From Candidatus Gastranaerophilaceae bacterium (GTDB lineage: Bacteria; Cyanobacteriota; Vampirovibrionia; Gastranaerophilales; Gastranaerophilaceae): DNA of 64,000 bases. Below the pieces are notes generated by a model. The model had not been told where the DNA came from. It searched no databases and saw only the letters and a list, made by a program, of their open reading frames with translations. The stretch spans positions 30,112 to 94,111 of the forward strand of contig JAZUBS010000034.1 in NCBI GenBank assembly GCA_045638605.1, in the 5' to 3' direction. Positions 17,053-27,276 of this stretch are shown here, piece after piece. The position numbers and the translations under genes were made by a program. The stretch's first letter is position 1, and every line of letters begins with the position of its first letter.

Positions 17053-19620
17053 ATGAATATATTAAATACAATAATACAAAAACCTAACACTAACATATAC
17101 CCTGTTAAACCTCAAGAGAAAAAAGAGGTTAAACGCAATGTTTTTACACCGATTGATACAACAAACCTGATAAAACCCGATAGACCAACAAAATCATATA
17201 TAATTAACGACCCATTTTATATGGCACCAGTTAATTTTTTAACAGATATAAAAGAAAATGTTGTAAATATTGCAAAAGCAACAACTGGCAAATCAAATGA
17301 CCATGATTTAGGCAGAATTAATGATTTTTCAATGAAAGCTGGAGCATTGGCGTTAGCTGGATATTTATTTGCTCATGGTAAAACATCATTATCAAAGTCA
17401 ATGGAATTTGTTGGATTTGGCACATTTTTTGCATCTATGGCTCTATGGCCTAAATTATTTATTCAAGCACCATTAAAAGCAATGTATGGTATAGATGTTC
17501 ATCAAAAATATATGGACAATGAAGGTCGTAAAAAAATGTTCTTCCAAGACCCTCAATATATTCCTTGGGACTTATATACAGATGAACAATTATCACAATT
17601 AGGTGATCGACTTGGTGTACCTAGAGATATCCACAATAGAAATGAAGTAATAAAAAAGAAAGCACATAAAATAGCATTACAAGGAAATACCCTATGGATG
17701 TTAACGGCTGGTTTTGCTACACCGTTGATGAGTGCTTTAATGTGTAATGGTATTGAAAAAATTGTTACACCAAGAAGTGAAAGAACAAGTTTCCCAAATA
17801 ATATTTTTGGTGCATTTGCGTCTAGCATAGAAAAAATGCGAATTGATAAAATTGAAAAGATGATGAAAAATCTTGATAATAATGTAGCAAAGAAAGTTGC
17901 AACATTGGATGATTCAGAATTGAGTTCTTATCTAAGATGCTTTGAAGGATCTGAAATGGATGAAGTTGCATTTGATGATCTTTTAGATAAAATGCAAAGT
18001 AGCACAGATGTAAATGAGTCCGCAGCAAAAAGAGCTCAGGTTATGGAATTATTTGAAGTAACCAAGGTAGAGCCAAAGGCAGATGCTGAATATATTGATG
18101 AATTTTGGCAAAAATACAATGTACAAAAAGTTGCAAATAAATATCAAACAACTTGGAGTGAATTATTATCCAAAGAACAATTAGAAGCATTAGCAAAAGA
18201 AAATGGCGAAACTGTTTCAGTAAGAACATTTTGGGAAAAATTAACAGCTTATATTGACTCTAAGCAATTTGGTATGGATGAAGGGCTTGTATACAAGACA
18301 AATATATCAAAAATTATAGGTGATTATAAAACAACCGAAAAAAGAATAGTTACCAAAGATTTTATTCAAAATGTTTTGCGTTTAAATAGAAAAATTTATG
18401 AGCACTCTTTACGCTTGAACGCAATGGATAAGTATTATGACTTGTTTATGGGCAATGACTCTATTATTGTTAATCGTCGTACAAATGTACAAAATGCGTT
18501 TTTTAACTCTTTAGAATATACAAAAAAAGAAATTGCACAAGCAAGATTACAAGGAGTAATGCCATTAGAACTTTTACAATCGAAAATAGAAGCACTAGTA
18601 GCAAATATCAAGCCAAAAGACGGCGAAGAAGCTGTAGACGCAACTAAATATACAGAAGCAGTAAGAAAAATTCACAGAGCAATTCTAGATTTTGATACAA
18701 TATTTTTGCCAGATAGTCCAGATGGTTCCCCACAAGGTGTTAAAAAAACATACCTTGATATGGTAAATAAATTCATAAAAAGAGAATCTCAAATGTTTGA
18801 AGACGCTGGTTTTACAAAAATGAGTGAACGTATAATTGGTTCAAAAGAAACAAATCTTGGTTCTTTAGGCTCAAATATGATAGATAGAGCAGTTCGTCGT
18901 ATAGATGAAATTAGAGATGGTATGTATAAATTACTTTATACTCTAGATTTCTTTAGACGCACAACTGACATAAAAAAAGGAAATATACCGCAGTCTGAGT
19001 TTGTCCGAGCATATAAAAACTTTGATTTTAATAAATATAATCAATTACCACATGAATATTCTGATAATGCACTTTTAGATGAAATACAAAAAATGAAACG
19101 AATAATGCTAGAAGCAACAAGTTCAGAACATGTTACTAAATTAGACTGTAAGGAACGTGGTATTTATGTAAGAATGATGAATTTACTTTATTCTACAAAT
19201 TTAGATGATATGACAAATAAAGCATTAGGTGCAATTGGAGATGACGCTTCAAATGCTCATAAACTAGGAAATACAACATTTATTCAATCATTTAAAAAGA
19301 CAATAAATGAAGTGTTAAATAATTTAGGTGATTTTATTTATCCGCATAATGATAGCTTAGTTTTAAATACCAATGACGAATTAGAGAACCTTAAAAAAGT
19401 AAGACTATCTGGTGATGCTGGCGTTAGAGATTCAAAAACAGCTGAAAGCATTCTTAATTCAGCTAGAGACTGGGCGTCTCAAAAGTATAATTCATCTAAA
19501 TGGTTTGGAAAGTTTGGCACTATGGGCGTTGTTTTAGTTGGCGTAACCTTGTTGTCTCAGGTTTTCTTCGGCAAAATAAATAAAGAAGATTTAGAATATG
19601 TGCGAAAGGATAATAATTAA
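17053..19620 (+). CDS. large hypothetical membrane protein (855 aa)
   Basis: TM segments near the N-terminus (ALALAGYLF..., FVGFGTFFASMALW) and at the C-terminus (GTMGVVLVGVTLLSQVFF). Its stop overlaps the next start (TAATG). Confidence 0.65.
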   Translation: MNILNTIIQKPNTNIYPVKPQEKKEVKRNVFTPIDTTNLIKPDRPTKSYIINDPFYMAPVNFLTDIKENVVNIAKATTGKSNDHDLGRINDFSMKAGALALAGYLFAHGKTSLSKSMEFVGFGTFFASMALWPKLFIQAPLKAMYGIDVHQKYMDNEGRKKMFFQDPQYIPWDLYTDEQLSQLGDRLGVPRDIHNRNEVIKKKAHKIALQGNTLWMLTAGFATPLMSALMCNGIEKIVTPRSERTSFPNNIFGAFASSIEKMRIDKIEKMMKNLDNNVAKKVATLDDSELSSYLRCFEGSEMDEVAFDDLLDKMQSSTDVNESAAKRAQVMELFEVTKVEPKADAEYIDEFWQKYNVQKVANKYQTTWSELLSKEQLEALAKENGETVSVRTFWEKLTAYIDSKQFGMDEGLVYKTNISKIIGDYKTTEKRIVTKDFIQNVLRLNRKIYEHSLRLNAMDKYYDLFMGNDSIIVNRRTNVQNAFFNSLEYTKKEIAQARLQGVMPLELLQSKIEALVANIKPKDGEEAVDATKYTEAVRKIHRAILDFDTIFLPDSPDGSPQGVKKTYLDMVNKFIKRESQMFEDAGFTKMSERIIGSKETNLGSLGSNMIDRAVRRIDEIRDGMYKLLYTLDFFRRTTDIKKGNIPQSEFVRAYKNFDFNKYNQLPHEYSDNALLDEIQKMKRIMLEATSSEHVTKLDCKERGIYVRMMNLLYSTNLDDMTNKALGAIGDDASNAHKLGNTTFIQSFKKTINEVLNNLGDFIYPHNDSLVLNTNDELENLKKVRLSGDAGVRDSKTAESILNSARDWASQKYNSSKWFGKFGTMGVVLVGVTLLSQVFFGKINKEDLEYVRKDNN

Positions 19621-21389
19621 TGCTAGGTTCTATTAGTCAATTTAATAGTTTAAACAATCCTAAAGTTAAACATGTTTCATTGGGAAATGGAATTGCGCAA
19701 CCACAAGGGAGTAGTTCCGAATCGACTTTGCAAAAAACTTTTGAGCTTGCAAATATGCCAACGACTAATATGTTAGCGCAATATGCTAAAAAAGTAGAAT
19801 ATTCTAAACCAATTAACTTGTTGCAACCGCTTGAACGATATGAATGGAAAAATGATCTTAGAACTTTAATTCAAGATAATAAAGCCGTAATATGGGCAAT
19901 GATACCTAGAACATTTAATGCTAAAGATACTGATAGAAATGATTTAATTCAAGAAGGCGAAGAAAAAGGAACTTTTCTAAATGCAATAGGAAGATTGGAC
20001 GAACTAGTTGCATTAGGAGTTAATACTTTGCATGTTTTACCAATCCATCCCCCTGGAGAAATTAATGCGATGGGACTTTCAGGGTCTGTCTATGCTCCAT
20101 TAAATATGCTAGAAATTGATCCAGAACTTAGAGATGTAAATAATCCAAGAAGCGTAAAAGATCAATTTAAAATGTTTATAGATGAATGCCATAAGAAAGG
20201 TATTCGCGTAATGTTGGATTTGCCTAGTTGCGCATCTTGTGATTTGTTCCACGCTAGACCTGAATTAATGGCATATGAAAGAAATGGCGAAGCTAAAACA
20301 CCTCAAGGTTGGAATGATATTAGAATGTTTGAACCTTGGCAAGATGAAACAAAAAAAATATTAAACCCTCATCTTATTGAATTGCATAAAAAATATGTGG
20401 ATATGTGTATTGATTTAAAAATAGATGGGATAAGAGCTGATGTAGCCAGAGCTAAACCTACAGAGTTTTGGGATATAATTATTCCATATTCAAGATCCAA
20501 AGATCCTAACTTTGCGTGGTTAGCAGAAACATATACCTATGAAGATGCTTCTCCTCAGTTAAATATGATGTATGATAGACCTAAAGATTCTTTAAAAGCT
20601 GGTTTTGACACATATTATGGTCAATATCATATTTTTAATGAATGGACAAAAGCTCAAGAATTAATAGATTATGTTAAATTTAATTTGGAAATGTCTCAAG
20701 AAAAAGGATTAGATGCAAAAAAATCTTTGATAGGTTCTTTTGCTACGCATGATGATATTTCACCAATGTACCATGGTGGAGTTGATTATTGTAACTTAAC
20801 AACAGGTATTCAAGCAACGTTACCGATGTTGAACCCTTATTTTGTTGATGGATTTCAATCTGGAGACGAATATTTATATCAATATGAAAACTCAATAACT
20901 AAAGACCTAGCCCCAAATAGCGAAAAAAGAAAATATGATGTTCACCGTGGCAAATTAGATATATTCAATCATTCAAGAAAACCAGCTGGAGACAATCCGG
21001 AAATTGGTGAATATATGAAATCCGTAATGAAAGTTCGCAAAGAACATGAAGATGTAATAACAAAAGGTTCTTTTATTCCTTTAAATACAACAGAAAATGC
21101 AGATGACCAAATTATCACTTATGCTCGACACTTAAATGGTAAAACATTGTTAGTTGTGGCAAACAGAGATGTTAATAAACGTCAAAAAGGTGTAGTTGAA
21201 GTTCCTGGACTTAAAGCAGGAACAAAACTCGTTAACTTGACACCTAAGTATGGTGAAAACAGCTATTTCCAAGTTCGTCAAAATGGAAAACTTTCTGTAG
21301 ATATGGGCAAAGCAAGATTTCACTTGTTTGAAATAGACACACCCAACATTGAAAACTCTGGACTAGAAGTTTTGAGGCAAAAATTATAA
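19620..21389 (+). CDS. GH13 (alpha-amylase superfamily) glycoside hydrolase/transferase with unknown ~80-aa N-terminal extension
   Basis: GH13 conserved regions are present: IRVMLDL (I), DGIRADVAR (II, nucleophile Asp), AWLAETY (III, Glu), FATHDD (IV). Confidence 0.8.
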   Translation: MLGSISQFNSLNNPKVKHVSLGNGIAQPQGSSSESTLQKTFELANMPTTNMLAQYAKKVEYSKPINLLQPLERYEWKNDLRTLIQDNKAVIWAMIPRTFNAKDTDRNDLIQEGEEKGTFLNAIGRLDELVALGVNTLHVLPIHPPGEINAMGLSGSVYAPLNMLEIDPELRDVNNPRSVKDQFKMFIDECHKKGIRVMLDLPSCASCDLFHARPELMAYERNGEAKTPQGWNDIRMFEPWQDETKKILNPHLIELHKKYVDMCIDLKIDGIRADVARAKPTEFWDIIIPYSRSKDPNFAWLAETYTYEDASPQLNMMYDRPKDSLKAGFDTYYGQYHIFNEWTKAQELIDYVKFNLEMSQEKGLDAKKSLIGSFATHDDISPMYHGGVDYCNLTTGIQATLPMLNPYFVDGFQSGDEYLYQYENSITKDLAPNSEKRKYDVHRGKLDIFNHSRKPAGDNPEIGEYMKSVMKVRKEHEDVITKGSFIPLNTTENADDQIITYARHLNGKTLLVVANRDVNKRQKGVVEVPGLKAGTKLVNLTPKYGENSYFQVRQNGKLSVDMGKARFHLFEIDTPNIENSGLEVLRQKL

Positions 21390-21593
21390 ATGAAAGTAAT
21401 TTCAGTTGATGCAAAAAACCAAACGAAAAATTTAAAAAGAGACTCTTTGATGCGACACCCATTTGGAGCCCCACTAAAACAAGAAAATGACTCTTTTAAC
21501 AACAGTAAACAACACGCAAAAAACCTTTGTCGCTTTGTTGCTCTATGCGGTTTTGTTATTGCAAGTATTATGCTAATTTTTAAAAAGAAATAA
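21390..21593 (+). CDS. small C-terminally anchored membrane protein
   Basis: 67 aa. ATG directly after the GH13 stop codon. C-terminal TM segment LCRFVALCGFVIASIMLIF. Confidence 0.5.
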   Translation: MKVISVDAKNQTKNLKRDSLMRHPFGAPLKQENDSFNNSKQHAKNLCRFVALCGFVIASIMLIFKKK

Positions 21594-21607
21594 AACACGA
21601 GATATAA

Positions 21608-21647
21608 AGAGGGTAAATTCTAATATTAGAATTTACCCTCTTTTATT
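21608..21647. terminator. bidirectional intrinsic terminator
   Basis: Perfect 15-bp stem AGAGGGTAAATTCTA/TAGAATTTACCCTCT with a 4-nt loop and flanking T/A runs, between convergent genes. Confidence 0.85.
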
Positions 21648-21660
21648 ATTTAATTAATTA

Positions 21661-23037
21661 TTATTGACCTAAGTATACTAAACTTTGCATAACTTGGTTA
21701 GCGGTGTTAAATACCCTACTGTTTGCTTCAATAGCACGCTGAGCAATAATCATATCAGCGAATTGTTTTGTTAAATCAACGTTAGACGCTTCTAAACCAC
21801 CGCTTTTTATCCCGCCAAAAAGACTTGAGTTTGCAACGCCATAGATAGCTTCACCGGTATTAATCCCAATACTAAAAAGGTTGTTTCCTTCTTGCTCAAG
21901 ACCATCTGGATTCATAAAATGAGCTAATTGGATTTGTAGGTTTCCAACAGTTGCAACATCTTCACTAACTTTAATTTCTTTACCTCTCATTACAACACCT
22001 TCACTTGTTGTATATTGAAACTCCATTTGAGTAGTTCCATCAATTTGCATAACTCTTAATTTATCACCATTTGAATATGTTACTTCAATTGAACCATTTT
22101 CATAAATTTCATAACCAGAAGCAGAAAGGTCTAATTGTTTGTTAACACTAGGACTAAGCGAGCCTGTCCAGTCTAAAACTTTTGATTGAATAATACCATT
22201 TTTATCAGATTCTCCAACTTCCAACTCAGTTTCTGTTAAAAAGTTAGATGTTCCGGGAACCATATTCATTGAAGTTGCTGGAGCTTCACATTTTAGCTGG
22301 AATTTACCATCTACTACAGTGGCTACTACTTTATTATCCAAAGCATCCGGCGCAGCTGTATTAAAAGCGTTGTTAAAAGCATTACATATTTCATTAAGCG
22401 TTTTTGCGCCAGTAATATCAGTGGTTACTGAAAGTTCTTGAGTATTTCCTGCATCATCAGTATAATAAACCATTACACCAAAAGTACCTTTTGTAACTCC
22501 ATCAATACCGTTTAACTTAGTTATATCTTTAGAACCAGCATCAGCGTTAGGAACAACTTCAGAGTGCACAAGTTGAGGAATTCTAATCGGAAAATCATCA
22601 CTTGTTGTACCAAAAGAAGAATCAGTTCCTAAAACTTTGAAACCGTTAGGATTTACAAGAAATCCTTCTGTATCAACAGAAAAATTACCTGCTTTAGTAT
22701 ATCTCATATCACCACCTGGAGTCATTACCGTAAAAAATCCATTACCCTGAATCATCAAATCAGTAGTAATACCAGTTGATTGAAATGTACCAGTATTAAA
22801 ATTTTGTGAAATCTGAGATACTTGTGTACCATAACCAACTTCTTTAGGGTTAACACCACCACTTGTCGGAGTTGAAGGTGAACCTGCAGAAAGTTGTCCA
22901 TAAAAAACATCTGCAAAATTTACAGAAGATTCTTTAAACGCAACTGTGTTCATATTTGCAATGTTGTTTGAAACAACATTGATTTGTGTTTGTGCAGCTG
23001 ACATACCGCTTGCGGATGTGTACATTGCTTGTGACAT
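21661..23037 (-). CDS. flgE: flagellar hook protein FlgE
   Basis: N-terminal SGMSAAQTQINVVSNNIANMNT rod/hook signature and C-terminal DLTKQFADMIIAQRAIEANSRV. Confidence 0.88.
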   Translation of the reverse strand: MSQAMYTSASGMSAAQTQINVVSNNIANMNTVAFKESSVNFADVFYGQLSAGSPSTPTSGGVNPKEVGYGTQVSQISQNFNTGTFQSTGITTDLMIQGNGFFTVMTPGGDMRYTKAGNFSVDTEGFLVNPNGFKVLGTDSSFGTTSDDFPIRIPQLVHSEVVPNADAGSKDITKLNGIDGVTKGTFGVMVYYTDDAGNTQELSVTTDITGAKTLNEICNAFNNAFNTAAPDALDNKVVATVVDGKFQLKCEAPATSMNMVPGTSNFLTETELEVGESDKNGIIQSKVLDWTGSLSPSVNKQLDLSASGYEIYENGSIEVTYSNGDKLRVMQIDGTTQMEFQYTTSEGVVMRGKEIKVSEDVATVGNLQIQLAHFMNPDGLEQEGNNLFSIGINTGEAIYGVANSSLFGGIKSGGLEASNVDLTKQFADMIIAQRAIEANSRVFNTANQVMQSLVYLGQ

Positions 23038-23069
23038 TAATTTATTCCTCCCATATATATTTAATTATT

Positions 23070-23540
23070 TTATATTAATTTTTCATTTTTATTTTCATTA
23101 TTTGATGACGGATTTGCTTCAACACCAATCAGTAAATTAATCGGATATTCTTTATCTCCAATAACCAACTGCGCAGAACCGCCACTAAACGTAACTGCTG
23201 AAACCTCTCCTGATATTGTTCTTGTTGTATCATTAGGGTCAGTTAAAGTAACATACTCACCCATTAAAGAACAAGCCTGCGTAACTTGTGAACTTACATT
23301 TACTGCATCATTCAATTTTTGTAACTCACTAACTTGAGTAAACGCAGCCTGTTGTGCTAAAAACTCAGTATTGCCTACAGGTGCAAGTGGATCTTGATAT
23401 TTTAATTGTTCCATCATCAACATCAAGAATGCATCTTGTCCTAATTCTTGAGAAGCGCCATTTTTTGCTAATTCCTGACCTTTCATTATATTTGTGTTAC
23501 TTTGCATTTGCGTAACTTGATTTTGAATACTTGAACTCAT
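23070..23540 (-). CDS. flgD: flagellar hook assembly/capping protein FlgD
   Basis: LGQDAFLMLMMEQLKYQDPLAP motif. Position between fliK and flgE. Confidence 0.85.
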   Translation of the reverse strand: MSSSIQNQVTQMQSNTNIMKGQELAKNGASQELGQDAFLMLMMEQLKYQDPLAPVGNTEFLAQQAAFTQVSELQKLNDAVNVSSQVTQACSLMGEYVTLTDPNDTTRTISGEVSAVTFSGGSAQLVIGDKEYPINLLIGVEANPSSNNENKNEKLI

Positions 23541-23567
23541 TTATATTACCTCTTCTCCCATTTTTGT

Positions 23568-25370
23568 TTAAACCATAATACTTATTGAACCACTATTATT
23601 ATCTTTTATTTGTTCTGGTTCCTTTGTTTCTGTATTTTCAATTTCATTTACTATATTGCTGGAAGCTTCTTCATCTTGAAAATTGTTTTCAGAATTGAAA
23701 GCATGCGAATTTCCAGAATTTTTTTGTTGATTTTGGTTAGATTGATTAGCTGCTTCGCGATTAAATTGTTCTTGTTCAAATCCGAAACCTGCATTTTGAG
23801 ATGCTGTTGTTTCTTCAACTTTTACACTGATATTGTTAACATTTACACCTTGAGAAGCTAGCGTGTTTTTTAGACTCTCAACACTTTTATCTAATAAATC
23901 CTTCACCTGAGCTGTATCTGCAACTAGCTTAGCAACAATACCTTCTTTGGTTTGTGTAATTTCAACAGAAACTTTGCCTAATTGCTCTGGTTGTAAAATG
24001 ATATTAACTTTATTTACTATGTTGTCTTGCGGTAACGTTAATTTATTGTTAATTTGACTCAATATTTCATTATCAGATAATTGTTGAGTTTGTGGTTGTT
24101 GTATTAAACTTGTATTCGTTGTAGCTTTTAGATTAAAATCAACATTTGAATTAGTTGATAAAACATTTGTTGTATCCGTTAGATTTTGACCTAATTGAGT
24201 CAACTCAAAAGTTGTTGTTTCTGTAGTATCCACAGATGCATTTTGTAGAGACATTTTTATAATATTTTCTTGCGCATTTCCATGTTGATTTCCTGCCAAG
24301 TTAGAAAAACTTTGACCGTTCTCATTGTGCATTTTTTGCTTATCACTAGATACAACTGATTTCACAACAACATCTAAATCTTCAATAACTTCTTGAGAAA
24401 TTTTGGAAGTATCTTTTGTTTCAGTTTTTGTATTGACACTTAAATCATCAACGGCTAGCTCTACAACATCATCTGCTTTAACCAATGTATCATTGCTTAA
24501 ATCCTGGATATTTGTATCTTCAATTAACATATTTTCACTTGACTCTACATTCAAAATATTATTATCCATATTGAATAATTTTGTTTGTTTTAGACTATCA
24601 ATCGTATCGTTAGATTTTATAGCCAAATCCGTTTTATCTATTATTTTTTCTGTAGGTTTTAAATCACTTTTGATATCATCTTGACCTTGAACAGCTATTT
24701 GCGCCTCAATATTTTGTTTTTCCACCTTAGTTGTATCTGTTTTTACATCCAACACAAACTCGGTTTCTTTCTGAGAGCCATCATCAAGCATTGTGTCTTC
24801 TATATTAGATATTTCATCAATATTTTCTTTTGTTTCAATATCATACTCAGAATTTTCTTCATCATTATTAGTAAAAGATGAATGTCCCAATATTATATTA
24901 TTTAATATATTTTCAGATAATTTAATATTTGTATCCGCACTTAAATTTGAAGTTGTCTGACTTTTTTCAAATTCAACATCTTCCACCGCAACAACTGCTT
25001 CTTTGTTTGTTACATTTTGTTCAACATCTGCTTGAGTCTGTTCATCCACTGTGCTTATTTCATTATTTTCTATTATTTGATGTCCTTGATTTGACTCAAC
25101 ACGATTTGAACTAACATTACTTGTCTCAATTTGTTTTTTACTATCATGAAAAACTGTGTTTTTAGTAGTTCTTTTCTCAGCACCAATAAAAGACTCGCCA
25201 TTTTTTAATTGAGCAGCGTCTTTAGACACATATTTTGATTTAGCAGAATCCAAAAGATTAGAAAATTTTTCATTTCGACCATCATCTAATAAACTTTGAT
25301 TTGTTGTTTTAGACGCATCCATTCTTTTAGTAGTTGTTGGTATCAAATTTTGCAATATTTCTGTAGTCAT
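23568..25370 (-). CDS. fliK: flagellar hook-length control protein FliK (long N/D/E/T-rich spacer)
   Basis: C-terminal Flg_hook-like segment ILQPEQLGKVSVEITQTKEGIVAKLVADTAQVKDLL. Synteny fliJ-fliK-flgD-flgE. Confidence 0.72.
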   Translation of the reverse strand: MTTEILQNLIPTTTKRMDASKTTNQSLLDDGRNEKFSNLLDSAKSKYVSKDAAQLKNGESFIGAEKRTTKNTVFHDSKKQIETSNVSSNRVESNQGHQIIENNEISTVDEQTQADVEQNVTNKEAVVAVEDVEFEKSQTTSNLSADTNIKLSENILNNIILGHSSFTNNDEENSEYDIETKENIDEISNIEDTMLDDGSQKETEFVLDVKTDTTKVEKQNIEAQIAVQGQDDIKSDLKPTEKIIDKTDLAIKSNDTIDSLKQTKLFNMDNNILNVESSENMLIEDTNIQDLSNDTLVKADDVVELAVDDLSVNTKTETKDTSKISQEVIEDLDVVVKSVVSSDKQKMHNENGQSFSNLAGNQHGNAQENIIKMSLQNASVDTTETTTFELTQLGQNLTDTTNVLSTNSNVDFNLKATTNTSLIQQPQTQQLSDNEILSQINNKLTLPQDNIVNKVNIILQPEQLGKVSVEITQTKEGIVAKLVADTAQVKDLLDKSVESLKNTLASQGVNVNNISVKVEETTASQNAGFGFEQEQFNREAANQSNQNQQKNSGNSHAFNSENNFQDEEASSNIVNEIENTETKEPEQIKDNNSGSISIMV

Positions 25371-25378
25371 AATTTTCC

Positions 25379-25828
25379 TTAATTAGCCCTTATATATCGA
25401 ACAGTGGCTATCTCATCTAACTCTCGATTTTCATACGCAAGAAACTCTTTATAAAATCTTTCTTGGTCTTTTTCTTTCAGGTTTTCCAAAACTTTTTTCT
25501 CTTTTAAAGCCTCATTCACTTCTTCTCGTTTTGCCTGAACAAAGTATTCAATGTTTTTAATTTTTTCACGTTGTGCAATAATTTTTGTACCAAGATTTCC
25601 CCAGTAACCACGTGAATTTTGAATTTCAAACAGACTTTGTGGTGTATCCATTGAACTGATTTCAACGATTTTACTTTGCAAGGTGTTTTGCTCAATAATA
25701 AGCTGTTTTTCGATCTCAACTTCTTTGTTTAAGGTGTCAACAATTCGAGCAAGCTCCAATAGTTTTTGCTCTAATTTTTTCGCCTTGATATCAAGAACAG
25801 TCTGCAGTCTGAACTTGTATTTCTTCAA
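25379..25828 (-). CDS. fliJ: flagellar export chaperone FliJ
   Basis: 149-aa coiled-coil. N-terminus KFRLQTVLDIKAKK and C-terminal RELDEIA are typical of FliJ. Synteny supports the call. Confidence 0.65.
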   Translation of the reverse strand: MKKYKFRLQTVLDIKAKKLEQKLLELARIVDTLNKEVEIEKQLIIEQNTLQSKIVEISSMDTPQSLFEIQNSRGYWGNLGTKIIAQREKIKNIEYFVQAKREEVNEALKEKKVLENLKEKDQERFYKEFLAYENRELDEIATVRYIRAN

Positions 25829-25935
25829 TTTTCCTCACCTTCAAAGTCTATTTTGATACATTTTATATTAACGCATGCTTTACAATTTCACGTCATACAA
25901 ATTGAGGATTTTTATTTTTTATGTATAATATTTGT

Positions 25936-27201
25936 ATGTTTTTAGATAAAGCAAGAATTAAAATTTTATCAGGCAAAGGCGGAAACGGAATGGTCGCTTG
26001 GAGACGAGAAAAATACGTCGACAAAGGCGGTCCGGCTGGTGGTGACGGCGGAAAAGGCGGTGACGTCTACTTAGTTGCAACCACTGATATTTCTACTCTT
26101 TTGGATTTTCAGCATCAATCTATATTTAAAGCTGAAAACGGAGAAAATGGTCGTGGAAAATCTCAACATGGACATTGCGGCAAAGATATTTATATAAGAG
26201 TTCCATTAGGTACTATTGTTAAAGATGTCACAACCGGTAAAGTTATTGCAGACTTAACAGAAGATGGGCAAGTTGTATTAGTTGCAAAAGGCGGACGTGG
26301 TGGACGCGGTAACGCTAGATTTGCAACCTCTCAAAAAAGAGCCCCACAGTTCTGCGAACCTGGAGAATCAGGCATCGAAAGAACACTTGATTTAGAATTA
26401 AAACTTATAGCTGACGTTGGTTTATTAGGAATGCCAAATGCCGGTAAATCAACTCTTATAAGCGTTATAAGCTCAGCGAAACCTAAAATTGCAGATTACC
26501 CATTTACTACACTTGTTCCAAATCTTGGCGTCGTAAAAAAACATGATGGAGACAGCTATGTTGTTGCGGATATCCCTGGATTAATAGAAGGAGCTTCAGA
26601 AGGAACAGGGCTTGGACACGAATTTTTGCGTCACGTAGAAAGATGTCGTTTTTTATTACATATTGTTGATTTATCATTGGAAAACCCTATGGAAAATTAC
26701 AAAAAAATCAACGAAGAACTTGCAAAACACGATACAAGATTAAGTGAAGTCTATCAAATTTTAGTTTTGAACAAGATAGATGCGATTACGGAAGAAAATA
26801 AAGAAAAATATTTAAACGAATTTAGGTCTGTAGCCAGTGATGTTTTCTTAATTTCAGCAGCTACAAAACAAGGATTAAACGAGTTACTTAATTTTATGGC
26901 AACAAAAGTTGATGAAATTCCAAAACCTGAAATTGAAGTTGAAGTAGAAGAAGACGATGCTGCATTTGACAATGATGACAGTGCATTTAGTGTTTATAAA
27001 GTTGATAAAAACAGTTTTGTTATTGAAGGCGGTAAATTGTTTAGACTCGCAAATGTTACAGACGCAAGGAATGCAGAACAGATTTATAGATTTCAAAATA
27101 TATTAAAAGCTATGGGCGTTTTTGAAGCTTTAATTCAAGCAGGTGCAAAAGACGGTGATAACGTAAAAATCGGACATATTGAATTTGATTATTATGAATA
27201 A
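25936..27201 (+). CDS. obg: GTPase Obg/CgtA
   Basis: MFLDKARIKILSGKGGNG Obg fold, G1 GMPNAGKST, G3 DIPGLIEGA, NKID, and a C-terminal OCT domain. The in-frame ATG at 25921 is possible but gives an atypical N-terminus. Confidence 0.95.
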   Translation: MFLDKARIKILSGKGGNGMVAWRREKYVDKGGPAGGDGGKGGDVYLVATTDISTLLDFQHQSIFKAENGENGRGKSQHGHCGKDIYIRVPLGTIVKDVTTGKVIADLTEDGQVVLVAKGGRGGRGNARFATSQKRAPQFCEPGESGIERTLDLELKLIADVGLLGMPNAGKSTLISVISSAKPKIADYPFTTLVPNLGVVKKHDGDSYVVADIPGLIEGASEGTGLGHEFLRHVERCRFLLHIVDLSLENPMENYKKINEELAKHDTRLSEVYQILVLNKIDAITEENKEKYLNEFRSVASDVFLISAATKQGLNELLNFMATKVDEIPKPEIEVEVEEDDAAFDNDDSAFSVYKVDKNSFVIEGGKLFRLANVTDARNAEQIYRFQNILKAMGVFEALIQAGAKDGDNVKIGHIEFDYYE

Positions 27202-27233
27202 ATAATTTTATAAAAACATTTAAATAGATAAAA

Positions 27234-27265
27234 AAGGTGCGTATAATCGCACCTTTTGATTTTTA
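27234..27265. terminator. bidirectional intrinsic terminator (obg / fabD)
   Basis: Stem AAGGTGCG/CGCACCTT, loop TATAAT, with A-run and T-run flanks. Confidence 0.8.
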
Positions 27266-27276
27266 TTTTCAATTCA

